Below are positions 1-9,376 of a stretch of 48,405 nucleotides of DNA, in pieces; position 1 is the stretch's first letter; each line of letters opens with the position of its first letter. The position numbers were made by a program, and so were the translations under genes. Where the stretch lies: positions 1 to 48,405 of the IMG/VR virus record IMGVR_UViG_3300038393_002081, one strand, 5' to 3'. The notes beneath the pieces are model-generated. The model was not told the DNA's origin and did no database searches. It was given only the letters and a program-made list of their open reading frames with translations. Source of the stretch: a virus. Its lineage: Duplodnaviria; Caudoviricetes.

Positions 1-127
1 ACGACGGGGTTATAGATACCACAGTCTATCAGCTCAGTGAGCCAATAGACGTACGGCAGATGCACCCACGTACCGTATTATTCACGGTCGGGAACAACAC
101 GAACGACTATGATACAGTCTTTCTGCA
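1..127. repeat. Terminal direct repeat, copy 1 (circular assembly overlap)
   Basis: nt 1-127 are identical to 48279-48405; 127 is a common assembler k-mer, and an ORF reads through the junction. Confidence 0.95.
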
Positions 128-1412
128 GACGTCGGCCACATTCTCCCACCGGCTGAGAGGCGCCATTCATCACCCTGCCTATGAATCTGTAGACAATATT
201 GCGGTGAACTCCCGGCAGGCGCCACGTAAGGTATATGGCTATCCGGGCGAAGTGATTACCCTTACCGTGGGCGGTGGATGCGGTGTGCCGGATTGGGTCA
301 AGCGTTGGTGCAATTATGCGCTGGTTTGCGATACTATCCGTTTTGATGATCGCAGCATTGTCAAGGACAGCGGCGGCAGCAAATGGGAGTCGATCTCTGC
401 CGATCCTGCTTATCCGCTCGGTGGAATGAGCCTGTCCGTTCGCTATGCGGACCCTGCACTCCCAAATGTCAATATCGTTCGCTATCCCTTAGTACTCGTC
501 AAGCGCCCTGCCACGGGCTTCCCGTATTTCGTTCACACAATCGGACTCAGCGATTCCCTTTCGCTATTGCCCGCCCGGACGCTTGGCACAGGATACTATA
601 TCAGAAATGCCGCGGACGAAAAAGCAATGAAGCAAAAGGCTTCGGCTGCCGTTTCCCGGCTGCGCATTAATGGCTATGTTGCCCTTGTCGGCGATGAACT
701 TCGGTTCTACAATAACGTACAATGGGGGTACGACACTTCGGACAGCATCGTACTGCCCTATGTCCTGCTTGTTACGCAGAATCTTGCTATCAGCACTTCG
801 GCCAGCATATCCGCAGCCGGTGATCATGCGGGTATTGTGTGGGATGCCAATACTTATTCCGCACTTACGCTCGGCATGGGCGGGCCTGTGGCCATCAATC
901 ACACGTATTCAGGCACAGGGACAGCCACCGCATTGCTATTCCATGATAATTCACTGACGCAGCTATTAATCGGTGAAGCGGCACAGACAAGCATATCCGG
1001 CACCGGTTCCAGCGCTTTTACATCGTTTATTGTCAGCGGCACCGGCATTACGTCCTTTGATTGCTCTGTCTTGCAACCTGCATGGAACACACTGCAATTC
1101 CTGGACATGAGTTTTAACGCACTGCTCTCCGTAAGCAATACCTCTGTACTTGCCCTTGGCGCGCCGAATGGAGACGGTTTTACGGCGTTAAATACGGTGC
1201 TGTTCAACAACAATAATCTGAACGTCTCGTCGGTAAATAATTTGCTCGCCGACGTGGATCAGATGGTCTACAATACCTCGGGCATCAACGGTGGTACTAT
1301 GAGCACGCAAGACCAGGCGCCATCTGCGGCGCCCACTGTCGGCCCTCCTGATGGCATTACCGCTAAAGCGGATCTGGTCACTAACTATTTCTGGACTGTA
1401 AATACTGATTAA
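1..1412 (+). CDS. Tail tip/baseplate-associated protein, C-terminal part with LRR-like repeats
   Basis: Continuation of the 47849 ORF; LQFLDMSFNAL and LNTVLFNNNNL are LRR-like; lies downstream of the tape measure and hub genes. Confidence 0.7.
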   Translation, partial: DGVIDTTVYQLSEPIDVRQMHPRTVLFTVGNNTNDYDTVFLQTSATFSHRLRGAIHHPAYESVDNIAVNSRQAPRKVYGYPGEVITLTVGGGCGVPDWVKRWCNYALVCDTIRFDDRSIVKDSGGSKWESISADPAYPLGGMSLSVRYADPALPNVNIVRYPLVLVKRPATGFPYFVHTIGLSDSLSLLPARTLGTGYYIRNAADEKAMKQKASAAVSRLRINGYVALVGDELRFYNNVQWGYDTSDSIVLPYVLLVTQNLAISTSASISAAGDHAGIVWDANTYSALTLGMGGPVAINHTYSGTGTATALLFHDNSLTQLLIGEAAQTSISGTGSSAFTSFIVSGTGITSFDCSVLQPAWNTLQFLDMSFNALLSVSNTSVLALGAPNGDGFTALNTVLFNNNNLNVSSVNNLLADVDQMVYNTSGINGGTMSTQDQAPSAAPTVGPPDGITAKADLVTNYFWTVNTD

Positions 1413-1415
1413 TCT

Positions 1416-1829
1416 ATGAGCGTAGTGTCTACAGATACCACATGCGGCGTACGACTTTCAAATTCTGATTGGCCTGCAGCCTTTGTCGCTTACAAGGCAG
1501 GAAAGGAAGCCAACGGCGTTCGTATGAGCTATGAACTCTGGCAAGTGGAGTATGAGTTATGGATAGCCGGGCAAAGCGCATCCGGTGCGCCTATTCAGCT
1601 AACAGCCACAGCGGGAGACACACTGACCTCAAGCCGCCTTGTGGGGATCTTGGTAGGCAGTATAGGCATGGACCGCGCATTGATCAACGAATACGAAGGC
1701 GACGGGCTGCAGTTCAGGAAAGGGAGCGATGGCGATACCGAAGATGAGCAGCGGGCATCTGATACGCTTACGCTGCTCACCGGCACTTTTTACGACGACC
1801 AGCTAGTAACCATATTTCTAAAATCATGA
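1416..1829 (+). CDS. Hypothetical tail-region protein
   Basis: 137-aa ORF tightly packed in the late operon; ATGA overlap with the next gene. Confidence 0.6.
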   Translation: MSVVSTDTTCGVRLSNSDWPAAFVAYKAGKEANGVRMSYELWQVEYELWIAGQSASGAPIQLTATAGDTLTSSRLVGILVGSIGMDRALINEYEGDGLQFRKGSDGDTEDEQRASDTLTLLTGTFYDDQLVTIFLKS

Positions 1830-3196
1830 AAAGGATAGTTCTTCTTTTATCGCTTCTACTGCTGCACCGTTTCACTTTTGCCCAAAAAGGGCAGATTTTA
1901 GGCAGTGGCAGGCCATCTGACACCTGCATAGCCCTGGGTGCGCTTCGCACAGAGGGATTGGTAAAATTCCCGTACTACGTCATATCTGATACCAATAAGG
2001 TATTGAGTATCGCCGAAGACGGGACTTTCGTATTTCGCACGAAGCAGAATCATTTCACGCTCGACAACGTGCTGGGGTATGGCAATTCATCGGGCAATAC
2101 CATTGAGATTGCCGCAGGAGGCGCTACAACATACATTGAACCGGGCGATATAGTCATACAAGGCAACAGCACGCATGCAGGATTCCTTGCCAATGGCAGC
2201 GGCCAAACGCATGTCAATGGGCTTTCGATAGTATACCCGGATTCATCGGTCACACATACCGGAGCCCCGCGAGCGGAAATATACTTTACCGGCAGCAGCA
2301 CGATACACGATACGCTATATCATAGTGGCAAACTCGCTACTCTGCATGATGTGGACAGCATGGCCCGTAATACGGCTCCTGCATCACCGTCTGTCCTGAC
2401 CTCTATGATATGGAACGGCACGACGGACGGCGCATACAAGATGTTCACCATGTCCGGTGATTCAACATTGACTCTTATTGATTCGGTCAACGGGCAGGAG
2501 ATGTATCTGCGCGTGGTATGCGACAGCAGCATACTAAAAGTGAAGATCAACACCGATAGCGTATGCTACCAAACAGCCGGGTCGGGCGTTTCATACCTCG
2601 CTTTCAAAAATTGGCTTGGGACAGTGGACGATATCATACCGTCTTCATGGACGCGCATCGCCTGTCCGGTTCCCTCCGGCCCAACCATATTATCTTTTGC
2701 CGGTGGGCTTAGCGGACCTTCCGACGTCGATCTATCGGGCATAAACGACTACGCCTTTCTAAATGGCGGCAGCAGTCCGGTTGATGCCTTTGTCACTACT
2801 GCAGGCACAGCCAATCACCTCAAAATATATCTCGGATATGTAACGGGGCTAAACCTATGCGTCAGAGTTCTACGGCCGGCTACAAGTTCAACGCAGACCC
2901 TGGTGCATAAGTGGTCATTCTCCAGCGGGTTTACCGCCAATTCCGTTAATGACTTCGATATCTCGGCAGACAACATCAGCCTTGAGGTCGGGGATATCAT
3001 ACAGGTAGAATGGCATATTTCGGGATCCATTGGTGTCAATAGCGTGGTATATCTAAAGTCTTCCACCGGACAGACGAGTAAGATCATAGCGGGGGTCACA
3101 GACTGCAATACACTCAATACATGGGGATCAGGAATCTACGGGGACCCGACCACCTGGACATACGCTTTTTATCTGCCAATTCAGTTTGAACAGTGA
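1826..3196 (+). CDS. Tail fibre/spike-like beta-rich protein with N-terminal Sec signal peptide
   Basis: MKRIVLLLSLLLLHRFTFA|Q signal peptide; Gly/Ser/Thr-rich; TLDNVLGYGN and GKLATLHDV fibre-like motifs; fibre gene position. Confidence 0.6.
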   Translation: MKRIVLLLSLLLLHRFTFAQKGQILGSGRPSDTCIALGALRTEGLVKFPYYVISDTNKVLSIAEDGTFVFRTKQNHFTLDNVLGYGNSSGNTIEIAAGGATTYIEPGDIVIQGNSTHAGFLANGSGQTHVNGLSIVYPDSSVTHTGAPRAEIYFTGSSTIHDTLYHSGKLATLHDVDSMARNTAPASPSVLTSMIWNGTTDGAYKMFTMSGDSTLTLIDSVNGQEMYLRVVCDSSILKVKINTDSVCYQTAGSGVSYLAFKNWLGTVDDIIPSSWTRIACPVPSGPTILSFAGGLSGPSDVDLSGINDYAFLNGGSSPVDAFVTTAGTANHLKIYLGYVTGLNLCVRVLRPATSSTQTLVHKWSFSSGFTANSVNDFDISADNISLEVGDIIQVEWHISGSIGVNSVVYLKSSTGQTSKIIAGVTDCNTLNTWGSGIYGDPTTWTYAFYLPIQFEQ

Positions 3197-4953
3197 GATA
3201 CCTACTTAGTATATTGCTTTGCTGCCTTTGCTTCACCGCTCAGGGGCAAAGATCATCGCTGCTGCTGGTGCTCAACAATGGGGGCACCAATGGCGACGGC
3301 GGGAGTGAATTGCCTGCTATACCCTTCTATACGGACAGCGCCAGCATAGTAACAGGCTTTACGACTGCAACTCCCGTCAACTCAGTGCTCCGGGTGAAGA
3401 TCACCCCGGTATCCGGCATAAATATCGACGGGTACAATATCGTAACCACATCCAACGTGATCGTTCGTTGCGCAAGCATTGTTCCCCGCCATTATCTCGA
3501 CTATCACTTTACTTTCTCAAAAGGCGAAGGATCGTATTATATCGGTAACGCTACCCTGAACTGGCCGCTGCAATATTTCGTCGATACCAGCACAGCTATC
3601 GGAACGGGCAATGATGCGGATCACTATATCTGCGGCTCCGGAGATGAAACGAACCCGACAGTAGTCGAAGGAGAGACCAACGGCACATACTACTATACCG
3701 GGGGAAACCACGGCTTTCAGGACGTCCTGCTGGAGTTTTCCGGATCTCACGGCAAGACGACTGCAGACATTAGCTCCAGGTGGACGGATGGTACTTATAA
3801 TCTAACCTTGTTTCGAATCTACGATGCAACGCATCTGCAATTTCTCGTGGACAATGCCGGAACTACCGCGCTGAATGTTCCAAATTTCACCATGATCGGA
3901 AATACGCTTACGCACGTAAGCGGAGCCCAGCATACTTCAGCGATCACCTCCTATACCAAGGGTGCTATTGGCCTTTTTGGGCTTTCGAGCGGGTATGATG
4001 ACACACATCTCGTAATTAATGGGGATACAGTGAGCCTGTGGGAAGCGGCCGATATTACTGATGTTCGTACGATCCAGTTCCGGCAGAAGTTGACTTTCTA
4101 TGATCCGTATTCGGTTAAGGATTCGCTGATAGCAAACCAGCCCGGGGGCGGATATTCCACATATCCCACATTCAAAGGTTCGCCGTGGCATACTGACTAC
4201 CTGGTCATGGAACTACAAGACACCGGAAAGACGGTAGTATATGAGGCTCATAGATTCTGGAAAGACACCAAGATCGCGCACTCATCACTACAACAGGAAG
4301 CTTGGGCAGCAACTTCGGATCCGGCGCAACTCGGCGCCTTCGATTCGGTCTACCGGTATTATCCGGGGATGCTTCCGATTGGAGGGCGGGACTTCAGAAA
4401 GGGCATAGAGATGCTATATAATCGCAACCTCAGCGACTATGCTATCACCAAAACCTACTGGCAGGACACGACACGGCCGGTACGGCGTATGTATGAGCTG
4501 TACCGCGGCGTTGTGGACGGAGACAGTATCAAGCTGACCAATAATTTCGGATTCGCTCCGCTGTACTCAGGTACGGACAGCGCTGTTGTGGCAGTAGGTG
4601 GCCGTAGCTGGTGGGAATTTGGCACAGGGAAGGCATACCCAATGATCTACTCACCCTTTCCGATTTCGCCGGCTCCCATAAAAAGCGCAGGCTTTCAGAT
4701 CAAGGGAGTATTCTTCAGAGGCTACTCTTCATTTGCCGGTGATGGATCTGCGAATGAATATGTCGGCTACGTGAACGGAATGCCTTATGTCTGGAAGGAC
4801 TTTCAAGCCTCGGGTACGTATACATTGAATATTCCGGGCGGCACCACTTTCCATGAAACCGGCAAAACGTCCAATGTCTCAGTAAGCGGGTCTACCATAA
4901 CAGTAACAAGCGCCACTCCGATGTATGGCTACCTGGAGGGCTATTTCCAATAA
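3193..4953 (+). CDS. Large beta-rich late protein (receptor-binding/depolymerase-like) with Sec signal peptide
   Basis: GTG start overlapping the upstream stop; MRYLLSILLCCLCFTAQG|Q; 586 aa, aromatic/Thr-rich. Confidence 0.55.
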   Translation: MRYLLSILLCCLCFTAQGQRSSLLLVLNNGGTNGDGGSELPAIPFYTDSASIVTGFTTATPVNSVLRVKITPVSGINIDGYNIVTTSNVIVRCASIVPRHYLDYHFTFSKGEGSYYIGNATLNWPLQYFVDTSTAIGTGNDADHYICGSGDETNPTVVEGETNGTYYYTGGNHGFQDVLLEFSGSHGKTTADISSRWTDGTYNLTLFRIYDATHLQFLVDNAGTTALNVPNFTMIGNTLTHVSGAQHTSAITSYTKGAIGLFGLSSGYDDTHLVINGDTVSLWEAADITDVRTIQFRQKLTFYDPYSVKDSLIANQPGGGYSTYPTFKGSPWHTDYLVMELQDTGKTVVYEAHRFWKDTKIAHSSLQQEAWAATSDPAQLGAFDSVYRYYPGMLPIGGRDFRKGIEMLYNRNLSDYAITKTYWQDTTRPVRRMYELYRGVVDGDSIKLTNNFGFAPLYSGTDSAVVAVGGRSWWEFGTGKAYPMIYSPFPISPAPIKSAGFQIKGVFFRGYSSFAGDGSANEYVGYVNGMPYVWKDFQASGTYTLNIPGGTTFHETGKTSNVSVSGSTITVTSATPMYGYLEGYFQ

Positions 4954-4981
4954 TAAACAGCATCATCATTAATCCCGCACT

Positions 4982-5398
4982 ATGGCAACTCAATCAGCAA
5001 CCCTCCAAGACGGTACGCCCATCACGATTAACAAGTCAGGACCCGGTCAGTTGACCATAAAAGACCTTGTAAAAGGCGGATATATGGCTGTTGGGCTTGG
5101 TATCCTTACGGCGCTTCAGCAGCTTATCGCCAATGGCGCTGATCAGATCTTCTCTCCCCACGCGGGGAAGACTGTCGGCCTCGCAGCGGTAGGAGGTCTT
5201 GTGACATATCTGCTAAAAAACCTGTTCTCCGAGCAACACAGTGTAGTTGCGGAAATCAACTGGCCGGACAAAATAGCCAATGCCCAAACGCTGTCCGAGC
5301 TCGACCAAATGCAGCCTGAAGTGCCTGCGGAGTTCATGCCACTGTGGACACAGCGGTACCAGGATATTGCTAACGGACACGGAGGAACCACAAAATGA
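4982..5398 (+). CDS. Putative holin/membrane protein
   Basis: Two hydrophobic segments (GYMAVGLGILTAL; VGLAAVGGLVTYLL); lysis-cassette position. Confidence 0.5.
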   Translation: MATQSATLQDGTPITINKSGPGQLTIKDLVKGGYMAVGLGILTALQQLIANGADQIFSPHAGKTVGLAAVGGLVTYLLKNLFSEQHSVVAEINWPDKIANAQTLSELDQMQPEVPAEFMPLWTQRYQDIANGHGGTTK

Positions 5399-5874
5399 GA
5401 CGTTTTATCCGCGTGAGTCTGGCCTATGCACCGATCAGCCTTTCGGTGCTGCAACTGCTGTTCTGTCAATTGTATTTTATGGACAGGCAGGCTTACCAGA
5501 TCATATCGTTTTACGTGTCCAATATCATCGGTCAATCGGTGGTGCCGTCACTGGTGATGCTGGCGCTCAGCTATTCATTCGACTTCTGTTCGGTGAGCAG
5601 GTTCGCCGCATGGGCGCAGGTGGTGAATTGCGTGCTGTATATAGCAATAAAGGAAGATAATGTCTACAACGTCTCCCTTCAGTACATAACGCTGTGTGTG
5701 GCGCTGATCGCTACTTTATATGCCTATACCCGGAAATTCCCCAACTGCCGGGTATCCTATCTGTGGAGCTTCATGCGGAAGCTGATAAAACATGGCTCCT
5801 GTACGCGGTCGCTGATTGATTTTAAAGAAGAACGATATCATGCCCGATCAAAACAAGCCGGACATTCCTGGTAG
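5395..5874 (+). CDS. Multi-pass membrane protein
   Basis: About four hydrophobic segments; ATGA coupled to the upstream gene. Confidence 0.55.
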   Translation: MRRFIRVSLAYAPISLSVLQLLFCQLYFMDRQAYQIISFYVSNIIGQSVVPSLVMLALSYSFDFCSVSRFAAWAQVVNCVLYIAIKEDNVYNVSLQYITLCVALIATLYAYTRKFPNCRVSYLWSFMRKLIKHGSCTRSLIDFKEERYHARSKQAGHSW

Positions 5875-6061
5875 CATATCGCTCTCCACCCTTTGGGCTA
5901 TCGCTGCTCCCATCGCGGGCTTTCTTTTCATGTGGTGTGCCAATTACCTGTCAGCACGGCTAAAGAAAATAGACGATCAGGAAACCTTGCGGGTCCGAAT
6001 AGACTACTTGGAAAAGCAGATTGAATCGCTTAGAAGAGAAATTGAGCACCTGCGACCCTGA
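5840..6061 (+). CDS. Single-TM plus coiled-coil protein (holin/lysis accessory-like)
   Basis: LWAIAAPIAGFLFMWCA transmembrane segment followed by heptad LRVRIDYLEKQIESLRREI; ATG 5840 preferred. Confidence 0.5.
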   Translation: MPDQNKPDIPGSISLSTLWAIAAPIAGFLFMWCANYLSARLKKIDDQETLRVRIDYLEKQIESLRREIEHLRP

Positions 6062-6134
6062 AATCAGATCAATAAATCAGACTTGGTCTGAGTAAGAATA
6101 AAACCTCCCTGTGTATAGGTAAACAGGTACAGTT

Positions 6135-6377
6135 ATGAGCATAAGAATGCGCGCAAAGTTTCAGGTGCAGGAAGTTGGTTACGCTATTGGCGGCACCAAA
6201 CTGAGCATGTGCCCTGTAGGGGCGTCTGACTATGGCCCCAATGGCGAAAATGAGGATAACGACTTTGCTCGTTATACTCCAACCGGCGAACTAAGAATGT
6301 TTATCACCAATCCTGAAATAAAAGAGACTTTCAAGCCAGGTGACAATTTCTACATAGACTTTACCCGCGCCGATTAA
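6135..6377 (+). CDS. Conserved phage hypothetical protein
   Basis: RAKFQV...TPTGELRMFITNP...FKPGDNFYIDF pattern familiar from small phage proteins. Confidence 0.65.
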   Translation: MSIRMRAKFQVQEVGYAIGGTKLSMCPVGASDYGPNGENEDNDFARYTPTGELRMFITNPEIKETFKPGDNFYIDFTRAD

Positions 6378-6403
6378 CAGGAGTCTCTTACCTCCCCAAG
6401 TGC

Positions 6404-6434
6404 AGCCCGCGTCCGTGAAGGATTGCGGGCTTTT
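6404..6434 (+). terminator. Intrinsic terminator where the late (+) and early (-) transcription units converge
   Basis: AGCCCGC-GTCC-GTGAA-GGAT-T-GCGGGCT followed by a T-run. Confidence 0.75.
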
Positions 6435-6621
6435 ACTTTCTGCCAAAATCAAATACTGCACTCATCATTTCTCCTGCCAACTTCAACCGCTCTTTTCTAT
6501 CAGAGATAGTCTGAGCGTATTGGTAGAGCAATACACGAAGCTCGCGTATATCCTTAGCCGTTTCCATTATATCCGCTATCTGCTTTCTGTAAGGTGGCGG
6601 AGACGGTTGTTTAGAAGACAT
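6433..6621 (-). CDS. Hypothetical protein
   Basis: 62-aa helical ORF, last gene of the leftward operon. Confidence 0.55.
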   Translation of the reverse strand: MSSKQPSPPPYRKQIADIMETAKDIRELRVLLYQYAQTISDRKERLKLAGEMMSAVFDFGRK

Positions 6622-7159
6622 CAGAACTTAGACGAGGCTCATCCGCAAATAACGAGCGTAGATAAACAACCATTTCATTGTCATCAGGCAGGCACATTTC
6701 AAAAAGGAATTCCTCATTCTCCTTTTGATACATTGCCATCAACCTATCATTGCCCTGCTTTGAATACTCCACATTGGCTATCCGGTCGCACATCTTTACG
6801 AATGATGCAAACTCTGTCTCACGAATACCTTTGTAGTAAGCGCCGTTGGCTCGGTCTTTCCGAGTGCGTCCTTTCTCGTTAGTAACAGCATAGACTATTT
6901 CCGCGACCGTATAATCAAAGCGATTTCTTATTTCACCGTAAGTCACACGCGCATCTTCAATGGTATCATGCAACCAGCAAGCCGCTAATACTTCCGTTCT
7001 AGCGGCTTCGGGTAGCTGGTGCTGGAACATCAATCCAACGGAATAAACGTGTCGTAGGTGGACGCTATAAGGACGCTTATCGTATTTCTGATTAGCGTCT
7101 ATATCATGTGCTTGAATGGCAAATGCCTCTGCTGATTTTATGAACCCTTCTTTTGTCAT
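6611..7159 (-). CDS. HD-domain phosphohydrolase, small alarmone hydrolase (RelA/SpoT HD, Mesh1-like)
   Basis: FAIQAH...QKYDKRPYSVHL, WLHDTIED, VYAVT, VKMCDRIAN motifs. Confidence 0.85.
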   Translation of the reverse strand: MTKEGFIKSAEAFAIQAHDIDANQKYDKRPYSVHLRHVYSVGLMFQHQLPEAARTEVLAACWLHDTIEDARVTYGEIRNRFDYTVAEIVYAVTNEKGRTRKDRANGAYYKGIRETEFASFVKMCDRIANVEYSKQGNDRLMAMYQKENEEFLFEMCLPDDNEMVVYLRSLFADEPRLSSDVF

Positions 7160-7223
7160 TGTGGTAGTATATTAACTGGTATGTAGTGCTTATGATCGTG
7201 TGTTTGCTCACCAGTCCTGCAAG

Positions 7224-7916
7224 TTACTTCCCGTCTTGGGATTGGTTAGATTGTAGGGTTTGTTTCTTTGCTTCAATCAGAGATTCGGTCAAGTCTTTAA
7301 CAAGCCTGTTGAGGCTTTCAATATCAAGAGCCGCACGTCTGGCCGCCTCTGCGATAATCAGATCCGGTGTGCCGTCAGGAACGTTACAGTAAGGCTGTAG
7401 GTGGAGCATTATTACACGGGCAGCTGTAGCGTATGCGTCTCTGATTGCAATTGCATTCTGGACTATATCCAATCTATCACCTATCCTACAGCCAGCTTTT
7501 GAATATTCACCATCGGGGTGTGATGGTATTCCCATTTCATCAAGGCGACGGTGTACGAAGTCCTTAAAGCGCCGTAGGGCGTCTCGCTCTGACTCCAATC
7601 TATTTAGACGTTTAATGATTGTGTCTGTCACTTGCTCAAGGTTCTCAACAATCGGGAAACCGCATGCAAGTGAAATCCTATCAATCAATGCTCGCATCTG
7701 AGTAGCATCCATACGCTTAGGTGTGGCGAGAGTCTTGTCGTAGAAGTCAAGGAAGATGTGGTACCATTCCAATGGGGTGAACTTGTCTTTATAGGACGGC
7801 CACCTCTTGAAGTATTCATCCATATGTGCTTGAATAATGTCGTGCTGCTCTTGTGAGCCACATTGCGCCTCGACCATTCTAGCTACTATATCTGGTAGTT
7901 GGTTATTCTGTTCCAT
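7224..7916 (-). CDS. Hypothetical mosaic early protein
   Basis: 230-aa ORF with coiled coil; N-terminus shared with 8623..9012. Confidence 0.65.
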   Translation of the reverse strand: MEQNNQLPDIVARMVEAQCGSQEQHDIIQAHMDEYFKRWPSYKDKFTPLEWYHIFLDFYDKTLATPKRMDATQMRALIDRISLACGFPIVENLEQVTDTIIKRLNRLESERDALRRFKDFVHRRLDEMGIPSHPDGEYSKAGCRIGDRLDIVQNAIAIRDAYATAARVIMLHLQPYCNVPDGTPDLIIAEAARRAALDIESLNRLVKDLTESLIEAKKQTLQSNQSQDGK

Positions 7917-8223
7917 TGGAAGATTGATTTAAGCGGTCTATTTCTGCGGCTATGAGTGCGCCTGCAATTATGAGGCGTTCTTTGTATGGCTTGTTCATCA
8001 TCTTCTCCCATAGGGCAGGATCCCACTTATTTGGACACCAATCTTCAATAATGTCGTCAACATCATTGCAGCCCCAATCATCGAGACATAATGCGCTGGC
8101 TGCGATGCCTAATTGCATTTCGTCGTTTACATCCCTGTCGTAGTCAAGGGTTCGGTTATGCTTTGTGATTTGCTCTTGGCGTTCTTCAGCTATAAGCTCT
8201 ACGCCGGTTTTAGTGTTGGTCAT
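7903..8223 (-). CDS. Conserved phage hypothetical protein
   Basis: GVELIAEERQEQI...LIIAGALIAAEIDRL, a widespread phage motif. Confidence 0.7.
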   Translation of the reverse strand: MTNTKTGVELIAEERQEQITKHNRTLDYDRDVNDEMQLGIAASALCLDDWGCNDVDDIIEDWCPNKWDPALWEKMMNKPYKERLIIAGALIAAEIDRLNQSSNGTE

Positions 8224-8271
8224 GTTCTTCTTTGTTTTATCTCCCTTCTGATGGAGAGGGAGAGGTGGTTA

Positions 8272-8619
8272 CTAACGTGACTTATCAAAAGTGCGGGCCA
8301 TTTTTATGCCCTCTATGTAGTGGAGAATGATAGCGACATCTTCATGGCTTAGCGGTTCAGGCGGCAAGTCAAGCATCATACCATTCGGCCATTTAAACAG
8401 TACCCTCGTTGTTTGTTGCCGAATGATTTGCAGTTCACCAGCTACCTGTTCATATGGGAATCCTTGAGCGACGCACTTCCTTGCCCGTCGAAGCATCTTT
8501 GAGTAATACCCATCAGCGGCAAGGAGCCGAGAATAAGGCGCTATTATGGTCAACAGGTCGTCTTGGGTAAACTTGTTGTAAAGCGTGTAAACAATCGTTC
8601 GGTGAATCTTTCTGCTCAC
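8272..8619 (-). CDS. Hypothetical protein
   Basis: 115-aa ORF in the early operon. Confidence 0.55.
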   Translation of the reverse strand: MSRKIHRTIVYTLYNKFTQDDLLTIIAPYSRLLAADGYYSKMLRRARKCVAQGFPYEQVAGELQIIRQQTTRVLFKWPNGMMLDLPPEPLSHEDVAIILHYIEGIKMARTFDKSR

Positions 8620-8622
8620 TAC

Positions 8623-9012
8623 TTACTCTTTATCCTGTTCTGAAGGGGTGATGGATGGCGGGGCTGGATATATAGACTGTAGATATTCTCTTACTACTTC
8701 CCAACTTACCATAGGATTTTCATGATATTTATCATCTTGATGGAGCCAATGGGGTGTAATATTTTCTTGAGTATCATAAGGGTAATATCTTTTCTGAATA
8801 ATCCAGTCCAGAAATTCACTCAAATCATCCTCGCTCCACTTCTTAGAGGTAAGCTCCGGCAATGATTCAAGGCAGATTTGGGCACCTTCGTTGAGTCCCT
8901 TTTTAAACCAACCTCGGCACGATTGGGGGACGAGGATATGGAACCCGAATCCATTGTAATGGTTCTCTATTGCAGCTATTACTGCTTCAGGTAGTTGGTT
9001 ATTTTGTTCCAT
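8623..9012 (-). CDS. Hypothetical protein
   Basis: 129-aa ORF starting MEQNNQLP. Confidence 0.6.
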   Translation of the reverse strand: MEQNNQLPEAVIAAIENHYNGFGFHILVPQSCRGWFKKGLNEGAQICLESLPELTSKKWSEDDLSEFLDWIIQKRYYPYDTQENITPHWLHQDDKYHENPMVSWEVVREYLQSIYPAPPSITPSEQDKE

Positions 9013-9376
9013 CGGAAGGTTGTTTTAGAGAGTTACGGTAGGTGATGTATTCTGATTCGTCGGCAGGCTCAACCCTGTCAACACATAGGATTTCGTCTTT
9101 CTCGCAATTGAATAAATAAGGCGGATCAAACATATTTACCTTGAACACTTTCCCTGCAAATCTCCTTGCGTCATTTGGGTACTTCACATACTCTGGCATA
9201 TCGTCTTCGGCACGTTCTTCCCACCACTCCAGCGTCTTGAAAAGATGCGGATATTGCGACATCCTCGGGCCGTTTTCATCGCAGTACAGTACATCCCCGA
9301 CCTTGTGAATGCTTTTTGGATAATCTGCTATCACCTTGTATCGGACTTTCAGCAGCTCGTCTTTACTTAGTGCCAT
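8999..9376 (-). CDS. Hypothetical protein
   Basis: RYKVIADYP...YPHLFKTLEWWEER motif; start MALSKDELL at 9376 preferred. Confidence 0.65.
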   Translation of the reverse strand: MALSKDELLKVRYKVIADYPKSIHKVGDVLYCDENGPRMSQYPHLFKTLEWWEERAEDDMPEYVKYPNDARRFAGKVFKVNMFDPPYLFNCEKDEILCVDRVEPADESEYITYRNSLKQPSDGTK

